Shown: piece after piece, positions 54,348 through 64,000 of the stretch
How positions within the stretch are numbered: position 1 is the stretch's first letter
How the letters are laid out: each line of letters begins with the position of its first letter
Source: Strigamia acuminata
Lineage: Eukaryota
Direction: 5' to 3'
Assembly: GCA_949358305.1 (NCBI GenBank)
Contig: OX442314.1
Location: forward strand, 11,780,001-11,844,000
Length of the DNA stretch: 64,000 nucleotides
The notes under the pieces: model-generated
The model's database searches: none
Seen by the model: the letters and a program-made list of their open reading frames with translations, nothing else
What the model was told of the DNA's origin: nothing
Position numbers and translations under genes: made by a program

Positions 54348-57300
54348 TTAAAGTCTATACGCAGCGTACTTGACCCGTAAGTCTTCTAATTCTTGTAGAA
54401 TTAATGGATCCTCCTAATAAAAATAAATAAGTAAATAAAAGTAATGAGAAAATGAATATATTTACCGGTAATGACGATTCATCGTTCCCTGCCTTATCGA
54501 GCCATTCGATGGCCTCTGCGTAGTGTTTTTCTCCTATGTAAGTCTGTAAATAAATTGTGTATTTCTAGCGTTGGATTTTACGACTGCGATTTACCTTTGC
54601 GAGAAATAACAAGTTTTCTTTCCATACGCCTTTTTTGGTGCTGTGTAACTTCTCAGCAGCGATGAAATAATTACGAGCTTCTTCTAAAGTGGCCGTTGGA
54701 ACTGCTCCGAACATTGCCGTTGCAATTTTCCTGTGAAGCCAAGGCATTAGCGCAACCTAGTGCCAATAAAATGGGAGTTGGTTTATTTATTTATTTTATT
54801 TATGGGCGAACTTGCTTCGTAACACCATCGTCCCATCAAATAGTACAGCGATTCATCGGTTGAGTTTATTTGTAATGCTAATTGCACATGATCCTGGTGT
54901 AAATATTGGATTATATTTTAAGTTGTAAAAGTGAATTTTTAAATACGAGTGAGTGAGACTGACTTTATATATAAATCCGTATTCGATTTTTTTTTGGACC
55001 GACTCGAAGTCCGAGCAACTGCCAATACAAATTGCGTACCTGTTGTGGAAATTGTAAAAATTGTTAGTTTTATAAAACGCAGAAACTACAAATAAAGTGT
55101 AAATAATCAACATTTATTATGATAAAATGTGGGGATACACCGAATAGTAAGATCACCAAATACCGGTTAGATACCGAATATTAAATTTACCAAATACCAA
55201 ATGATTTTTCGATAATTAGACACAATTTGTATCCTTTAATTGTGTTCACGAATCTACAGTAAACAAGGGATGGATGGGCAATTCATTAAACAATATAAAT
55301 TTGGGTTTTCAACATGGTGACGTGTGACGTCATTCCCATTAAATCACATGAGGATGACGTCACATGTACAGACACGAAACGAGTTTTAGAGGCGTTTTAG
55401 AGTTTTTGAATGCAGCTGTACTCAAAAATGTCAATTGTAAAGTTGTAAAGTTGTACATTTGAAATGTAATTAATGATAAATTACTATGTTACAAATTTCA
55501 TCATAAAGGTTTCCTGCCTCACTAATCATTCTCTCACTGTACACACTACTTGCTTGGGCTAAAAGAAATTTCTTTTACTATTTTAGCATCACTGTGGATA
55601 CACATCTATGTTGTTTCCACCATAGCAAAGAGTTTTCTGATCATGATAATCAGCAGAAGATAAATAATCATTCAATACATAGATGTATCGAATGATTAGC
55701 AGCTGTGCTAATCTGGCTTTCAGTACTCCAGACCTTTCTGCTAATATTTCATCGTAACAATCCCAAATTTCTTGATGATTATCTATCAATAAAGTATTGC
55801 TCTGTTCAGTTATAAAATCATTATCACAACCTTCATCTATGCCAGATAACTGTTCTTTCAGTTCATTATAAAACATTTTTTAACTGCGGAATGATCAGCA
55901 GTTGAAAAAAATGCCATTTTAAATCAAGAGTTGAGTAAAGTAACGAGAACAAATAAAATAACGTACTTAATTTGGCTTAAAAACTCTAAACTTGTTTCCC
56001 AAACGTCTGATTTTTGCCACTAATAACATTTTTCGACATAAAAGTGACTCAAATACCGTATTACCCCGCATATTGCCGCATGCCGTTGGGCTTGGGTTTA
56101 TCAGCTAATTCAAATCTCGCTCAAAAACTCTATACCGGCTTGCGGGTGTAGAGCGAAACTTGCTGGTATAAGTGAAAAACTGGGTATTTGTTTTTTTGTT
56201 TGAAATAGCCCAGATGAATAATCATGTTAAAATTTGGGCCTGAAACTTAAGTTTGATATTCTAAAGATTACTACTAAATTTTTGGGAAAATTTATAGAAA
56301 TTTAGGCCAATTTCCTACATCCTGAACATCTAAATATGCATTTTAAGCATTGTTTGGGCTCAAAATTAAAAAAAAATTCGTACTCGCTTACACCGGCATG
56401 CCGTTAAAAACGGGGTTTATCGGCATACTGGTAATACTTGTACTATAATGACATGCGGCAATAGACGGGATAACACGGTACATGGGAGATTATGAAAGTT
56501 TCTGGAAGATTACAACAAATATGAGACAATACCGAATACAGTACAAACCATTTGTGAACGTTGGCATCGTCATCCGTTAAAGCTAAAGCATTTTTAGCAT
56601 ATTTGAGACCTAACGCAGAATAATATCAAATAAAAATTAACATTTGCTAAATTTAATAATTAAAAAATTATACCGGTATGCATATATTCTTTTTTCGCTT
56701 CAATATTTCCCTTCTCGCCGGAAATCACACCACACACGTGACAAGCTTTAGCGAGTCTCCATAAATAATCATGCTTATCAATATACTATAAAGAAATAAA
56801 AATAAGTAAAAAGAGCAAAAATAAAAATTCTTATCAAATAGCCTATAACCTTGTTGTGATAACTTGATATTTTGTTATGCAACATTAAATAATTATCCGG
56901 CTTTTTCGCTAAATGTTCTAAAATGTCATCTATAACCGCTAAACGTTTCTTAAAACTTAACTTATCATTACATGTTAAATTATTCTTGTTATTAGAACCA
57001 TTCGATTCTGTTGATGAAGTGTCGCTTGGATTTCTACGAGCAATTTCCACATCATCTTCATCATATTCGTCCTCTTCTACACCACAACTTCCATTTCGTT
57101 TTTTGAAAACTTCCAGCATATTATCCTCTCTAGAAAAAATATAAAAACATGAAAAATTAAAACGTAGTGGTTTGAAAACGGTAGGGATTAAGAAACGTAC
57201 AAAAATTAAATTAAATTAAATAATAAACATTAAATAATTTCGCATTTCATGCAATTTAACCATCTTACATCCCTACCTAATGAACGGTTGTCGAAGCACT

Positions 57301-57628
57301 TCCAAAGAAGGAATAATTAAAACATAATTAAATAAAAAATTCAAATTTTTCTAATATTTTTTTTTTTTTCGTTTTACCCTTCATCAGAAAAATCGTAGTA
57401 AACATCCGATGTTTCGTCACTGAAACTCGAACCTGGAGCCAACCCCTTTCGTTTGCCTTTCAAATCGGAAATGTCCCTTTTAATATCACTAACAATCTGA
57501 GTAATATTACGGAGTTCATCGTGCAACATGGTTTGAATTTTATAAAACAAGTAATAGCTGCCTGCCGTCACGCACAAGCCGACCCCAGCTCCGGCCATTG
57601 CGGCATAAATGACGGTCGTGCGGTTCAT
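54348..57628 (-). CDS. Regulator of microtubule dynamics family protein (RMDN2/3-like: N-terminal TM, coiled coil, TPR)
   Basis: N-terminal hydrophobic anchor; WRLAKAC, NVHKWYAICIG, YLMGRWCYE-VALMPWLHRKIATAMFGAVPTATLEEA. One GC-AG intron at 54815-54757. Confidence 0.88.
56056..56478. mobile_element. Tc1/mariner (pogo-like) MITE in an RMDN intron
   Basis: Imperfect ~27-bp TIRs, ccgtattaccccgcatattgccgcatg and catgcggcaatagacgggataacacgg, flanked by TA at 56054-56055 and 56479-56480. Confidence 0.8.
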
Positions 57629-57814
57629 GATCGAGTTTTGCACATTTTGATTCGTGTTGACATCGTAGATATATAAATGTTTACAAAAAAAGTAAATCTG
57701 GTGTAAATAAAGTCATCTAAAAAAAGCCGCATTCATTAAGGCAAAGGAAGAAAAACAGGATGCAATGACACCTGCCAGCGCAGCTTTCTAAATACCACCG
57801 CATCTGAATTCCAC

Positions 57815-58119
57815 AACGCCTTCTAATGGCGACATAATACAACTAAATCTACTTATTTTCACATCTTTAAATTTTGTTTTTATTTTTTATTTGTACTTGA
57901 AATATCTAAATTTATGTTTGAAAATAAAAATCTTTTTTCACATATTTTTAGTTTTGTTAAAATAAATATCTACCATCGCATCACGGATTAACAATAATTA
58001 ATAATACAGCGCAATCTAATGGCGACACAACACAACAAACTCTACTTATTTTCACGAAAACAAATATTCTATTTTATTTTCCAACGTTGTTTTATTTTTA
58101 ATTTGCACTTGAAATATCT
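57815..58119. repeat. ~190-bp diverged tandem duplication upstream of RMDN
   Basis: ctaatggcgaca...tctacttattttcac...acttgaaatatct occurs at ~57823-57907 and ~58016-58119. Confidence 0.75.
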
Positions 58120-58949
58120 TATTTAGTATTGTTCTTGAAAGAGAAATATGTTATTTTTTATATAATTGTTAACAAAAAAAATTGGAGGTAATTAAGTGAT
58201 ATGCCAAAAAAGCAAATTAAAAGGCAAGCTGACACACTCAGCGCCTTTATTGGTGGCGTCTTAAATCATGGAAGATGCTAGCAAACTTCCCCAATTTTGA
58301 AACAGCTAAGCTAGGAGAGCGGCCAGATTTATACCCTGATATGCGCTTGGGACGCAACTGTGTGAGAAGGTACTCGTACCGTGCGTGCTGTGGCAGCGGG
58401 AATACCTACTCATATATGGTCTTGTGTGGTTAAGGGACACTACCTCTGAGCAGATCTGCCTAATAACAGCGATCAATGTTCAGATGTGTCTCAGACACAC
58501 GCCTCCATCAGCTGACTACTTGTTATTTCCTTTATATAGCACTTGGATTTCTAACTTCCATTACACTGGTCCGTCTGAGTTTGATGATGTATTTCGAGTT
58601 ATTTGTAAAACAAGGTAGATTTCTATCAACTCCAACAAATAAATTGAAAATAAAGTTATCTTTTTAAATGTTTGATAATATTTGAGTTTTATTTGTTTTT
58701 CGAATTAATAATTGGAACTTAAGTGTCTGATTTATACATCAACTGGAAATTGAAAAGCTAAAAAATGGTTGGTTCCCAATTTGATCACCAGTCAGCAACA
58801 CTACCAGCACATTTCTATTCCCATGCGAGTATTGAGTTCAGTACAAAAAAACAAAGAGTTAACAGAAAAATCTATTTTATTAACGTCAATAAGTTACACA
58901 AATTCATGCTAACATCGACGAAATCAAAAACAATGAACGTAGAAAATGA

Positions 58950-61900
58950 TTAATAACCATTTTTTCCTTTCGAGGATAAATTCATTTCGATACATTTTTT
59001 AATTTCCAGCCCCAAAGCGCGAGCCAATGGTGGCGGGACGGCATTTCCCACCTAAATAAAATCAAAAACAATTACAAAAAAATTCCACCAGTTCTATATA
59101 TAAAAAAAAAACGTATTTTCACCTGTCTATGTCGATCCAGAACAGATCCGTGAAACTTATACGAATCAGGAAATCCTTGTGATCGAGCACACTCACGAAC
59201 ACTTAAAACCCTGTGTTGGTTCGGATGCAAAACTTTACCCTAAAAACCCAAAAATAAATTAAAAAAAACAAAACCTAAAACAAATCGTCATCTTTACTTG
59301 TTTTCCCATGGGCTCGGGATTTGTAATGGTAGTTTTAAAATGACTATCGAGATCCAAGCGCCCGTAAAGACCCGCCCAATTATTATGTCTATTTCCCGTA
59401 TGCGGAAGACACCATGGAATAATAGTGTTGTCTTGCGGCTGTCGGTAGAGCGGATTGCATTTTCTGAACGTCCTATCCTCAACGCACTGACAAACACCTC
59501 TGAAAGCACCGCTTTTCGAGAGTCCGTGTTTAGCATCGTCGTATCGGTACACCCTAGAAGAAATAATAATTAATTTTGATAAAAACACTGACAAATTAAA
59601 TAAAATTTACAATTTTTTAGTGATGGTTCCATCGCTTAGTGCGATTTCTGTGTTGGGCAAATCGCGCCAATCACACGACGGCTCGCACGGGATCAGCTCA
59701 AATCGAGCTAATACGAGTGGCTTCATTTCTTTGCAAATGTGATCGTAGATTCTATCTTCTTTAATGTTTCGACGCATCTGGAATGATTTTTCGTATTGGT
59801 TTAATTGAAAAATAAAATAAAAACGCGAGATTTTATACCAGTTTTTGGAAATGTGACTGTTCCGTTGGATGGTAGTCGAGTTTGCCAATTCTGTCACCAT
59901 TTTTAATAAGCGGTAAATCCGACAGACTGTCCCGCACGGTCACGTATCGGTACGGAGCTGAAGTTGTCCATTGCGTGTTGATTTTGTACCTGCAATTGTC
60001 AACCACTGCGCTGCAATTGTTTTCCTGCTTGAAAACGTGCAGGGGTTCGGGAAATAGTGGCAATTTCTCGCCCGGTGCTGCGGCCAAAATAAAAGCGCTT
60101 CAAACAAAAACGAAATAATTAACATCAAATTAAAAACATGAAATAAAAATCCAAATTTTACCGCATTCGAGATTGTGGCACGCCGTAATTCCCCGCTTGA
60201 AGCGCGCCAAAAGTGCACTGGTAGCCCATTTCGATCAAACATTGCAGACTTAATTTTAAAATCATATTCTCTTTAAAATTCAGAAAATTTCGAACATTTT
60301 CGAGAAGAAAATATTTCGGTCGATAAAATTCACAATAACTGAGGTAGGTCGCGATTAACGAATTTTTGAATTGAGAATATTGCCCCGTAGTGAATCGATT
60401 CATGCCGCTGAACCCCTGGCAGGGCGGTCCGCCACAAAGGAACTCCACGTCGCCTTTCCCCGGCAATGTTTGACCATCTTTAGTTCTAGTTTTGCCCTTT
60501 TAAATCAAAACGAGATAAATTAATTTATGTTTATCGTATTTGCAAAGCTCCAATTACTACCTCCATAATCATCTTCAGTAAAACATTACAATCTTCGTTA
60601 TAAACGTTGCACTTCGGATTATTTTTCTGGTAAGCTCGAGCCGCAATATTGTCATTTTCGATGGCCCAAAACGACTCACACATTCGAGATTGATGCAATC
60701 CTTCTGATAATCCTTTAGAAAAATAATAATTAAGTATTCAAATATAAATAAATACAACGAATCGTTATTTATTAGGAACCTCCACATCCAGCAAACACAT
60801 CCATGGTTTTTAAACGTCGGGAAGTAACTCGATTGGCTGTTTTCTCATTTCTTAGTCTTTTTAATTCACTCGATGGTTCTTCGAACGTCTTTAGATCTGC
60901 ATCGTACACCTAAATAATTAAAAAACATTAGAAAATCAGATGTGTTTTAATTAAAATAAGACTAACAACCTTATTAAAATAAAAGTTATGCTCATTGGAA
61001 TCCCAAAAAAACTGGGTTTCTGATAAATCATTACAATAGCTGACGTTGCACTTTCCCTTAACGATTGAAAAATCAACCGCGGCCTCTATAAAAACAAAAA
61101 CAAAATTGTTATTTGAATTTCCTTTACAGCGATCGATTTTAAGCGCTCAAACCTTCGTTGCTCCAATACAAGTAATTGAAATCGCTATGAAAACTTGCCG
61201 TATCACCTTCGTGAGTGTTCTCCGGTCGATAAAGCTTTTTAATTCTTAATTTAACATCAATTGGCTCAACTAAATCCTTAGAATTAGTTGAGCGGCAATA
61301 TATATTTTCTATGTGACCTATTCTGAACGGTTCTTGAATGACACCATTAACAGTGTTTTTACTTTTCCGGTAATATTCGGGATACAGCTTTTCATCGACC
61401 TGGATTAAATCAAATCAAATTAAATTAACACTGCCAAATATATATTAAAAATTAAAAAAAATTTAAATTACTTTTTTGAATGATGGCTTTTTTAATTTCA
61501 ACGAGGGCGCTGGTTCGGCATCAAATTCAAACGCGTCGGGCGTCAAAAATACTTGATCACCGACGGAATATTCAACATCGTTCCAAGTAACCGAATTGTA
61601 ATAAATGTATTTTGAATTTCTATTCACTTCGTCTTCAATTTGAATCATTTTCTTCTAAAAAATTGATAAAATAAAAATAATTAGTAACTGTAAGATGGTA
61701 AAATGTAGTATTTTGGTGTTTTCAAACCTCTTTTGCCGATTGCAATCTCTTACAACACGGACAGTAATTATAATAGATTTCATCTTCCTTCAAGTATATT
61801 TCTGGTGGATCTTCGAAACGCGCGCTGGATCTTTGATACCACTTCTCATAAAAATAACAACCATCTTCGTTTTGTTCGTCTTCCACTTCATTTCCCCCTA

Positions 61901-63925
61901 AAAATGCCCAATTAGAGGGCGGCGGTTTGTAAACGACCGAACATTTTGATTTAACATCTGATAGCTGCACATTTTCACATTCGTCGACTAAAAATAAGAG
62001 ATTTTTCTTGGCAGTTCCCCCTAAAACCGTGTCGGAGCCGTTACTAGAGTAAAATGTGTTTAAAAAACAAGTTAGAAATTGATTAAAATATCTCTTAATG
62101 ATGTTTAAAATACCAGAACCAATGGCAATGGAATAATTTGGCGTTATTCTTATTTTCCCACAAGTACACCACTTTTCCTACTAATATTGAATCGATTGAT
62201 TGGTCGGGAGTGACAATCACGGAATCGCCAACTTTAATCTAAATTTATAAATTAAATAAATAATTTTAATTTATTATTATTATTATTATTATTATTTTGT
62301 AATTTCTTACCACTTCACCATTAACCTTCACTGCACTGTAAAACGATTTATCAGCAATAGTTAATTCCTTTTTTCCCACCCAAGCCACCCGAGCACTGCA
62401 CGAGTCGGAATTTCGCTGCCGTGTAAGTTTGGGAAAATTTACTTCACTTTCAATCTAAAAATCGAATAAAAAATTATAATTAAATAAATCGTAAAACTTA
62501 ATTAAGGTATTACGTCTTTTAGAAATTCATCTTCGGAATCGCTGAATTCATTTTCACTACTATCACTTTGTTGCTAAAATAAAAAAAGGTAAAACAAAAA
62601 TTAATTTCTATACTAAATATAAAATATTTCCTTCTAACTCACTTTGCCGCGCCCGTTTTCCACTAATTTCGGACTGGTTTTTAGTTCACGCGCAATTTGG
62701 TCTCTGAACATCGTTTCAAAAACTTTTCTAACTACAGGTGTCGTTGTAGCTTTCGATCCTTTCTGTTTCTCTCTAACAACTCTCGGCAACCGATCAACTT
62801 TCTGTGAGCTGACCTTCTGCTTAGTTTCAGGAGATTCAGCTGCCTCGTGTCTATCTCGTATTGTAACTCCAGCGAGTCGCGTCAGTGTTTTCATACACTT
62901 CGTTTGGCACAAAGAATTTTCGTCGTATTCGGCAGCGTCGTCGTAACTGGAGAGATGATCAGCTATGAATTGAGCATGATGAATTAAATTCTCTTCACTA
63001 AAATTACTGAATCCTTTCGGTGGCGTGTGTACCTACAAGTACAATAATCATTTAGAATAAAGTACATAAACGAACAATTTTTGTCTGACTTGTATTTTAT
63101 TTATTAGATCTTCGTACGTTCCATTCTCATTATCCTCCAGAAATTCAATCACCAATTTACTTAAATACACTTTAATCATGGTGGATTTCATAAAAGGTGC
63201 GTACGACGTGTTGGGTGTTCCCAAATAATAATTGGCAAATTCTAAAAAAAAAAAAAATAATAATAAAAATTAGAATAAAATAAAATAAATTGATCTAGAA
63301 ATTCTTACCGGATGAAATCCCTATGATTACATCACTACCTCCGTCGTAGCCACTGCTCCACCACTCAGTAATAGGCCCAATCAACGAAACACACACACCA
63401 CCTGTAATCGAAAAATATTGATTTTCCATTTCGTAACAGCGAATTAAAAATTGACCTTCTGGACTGAGATCATCATCAAATATCGGTTTAACACAACCGC
63501 TGAGAGAGAGAATTTGTCCATCCTCTATTAATCCGGAATCAAAAGGACATAAATGCATTTTTTTGTCGTACACGCTAAAATCAACGATTTTATAATCGGG
63601 TTTGGAGTCTTCGTCGTAGTTGAAAGCGCCACCAGTGTCCACGCTCAACTTTGCGTCAAAAATTACGTCGGTTTCACTCAACTATATAAAAATAAACACC
63701 AGATTAATCTATTCAAACTGTTAGAAATAAAAAATTAAAAAAAAATCGATCGTTTACTCCATTATCTGTATTCTCTGTATATGTAACCAGATTATCGTCT
63801 AAAAATTGCAAACAACTAGAACATCTGGAAGGTCGCGATTTTTTGCACTCGTTTAGTTCTAGTTCTTCATATTTCATTTTTTTGGTAATTAAGTTGTTGG
63901 TACCACTAGATTTACGTTTGGAAGA
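58950..63925 (-). CDS. DNMT1: DNA (cytosine-5)-methyltransferase 1; 5' end probably beyond the window
   Basis: RFTS domain ([18 protein letters not shown]), two BAH domains, motif [59 protein letters not shown]. Confidence 0.96.
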
Positions 63926-64000
63926 GCTGAAATTAAAAAATGAATGATTATATCTTTTGGAAATTGATATTAAGCAGTAAATTAAACACTCACAAGCAAT

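Noticed and set aside
57180..57277. 9-bp inverted repeat ggtagggat/atccctacc, possible mini-hAT
   Set aside because: Too short and no target-site duplication identified.
58260..58600. GC-richer island with a tRNA A-box-like string (tggtcttgtgtggttaagg)
   Set aside because: No B box or cloverleaf, and no RNase P/MRP or snRNA signature that I can support; probably a repeat fragment.

Overview
AT-rich, gene-dense eukaryotic nuclear DNA with mostly 55-75 nt introns. It is an invertebrate metazoan, probably an arthropod (inference). Genes in order: SLC24/NCKX exchanger (5' part), GEMIN6, a secreted cystatin, a small GON7-like gene, TMEM62, DRAP1 (with an AT-AC U12 intron), CEBPZ/NOC1, SRP54, an intronless CRE/TATA-associated orphan ORF, four tandem CCA-adding-enzyme (TRNT1) paralogs interleaved with a C2H2 zinc-finger pseudogene and a Myb/SANT-like gene, MPP5/stardust, an orphan spliced gene, a C16orf89-like gene, eIF5 with an autoregulatory-type uORF, ZNF622, RMDN and DNMT1 (5' end probably outside the window). 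The main finding is the TRNT1 array. Copy 1 is canonical and keeps the internal Met that makes the cytosolic/nuclear form. Copies 2-4 are intact, have lost that Met, carry basic presequence-like N-termini, and each has different substitutions in conserved catalytic motifs. This suggests a set of specialised mitochondrial tRNA 3'-end nucleotidyltransferases (split CC/A addition or tRNA repair/editing). A second candidate is a 131-aa orphan with PxIxIT-like and LxVP calcineurin-docking motifs behind a CRE-rich promoter. Exon models were read by eye and no database searches were run.
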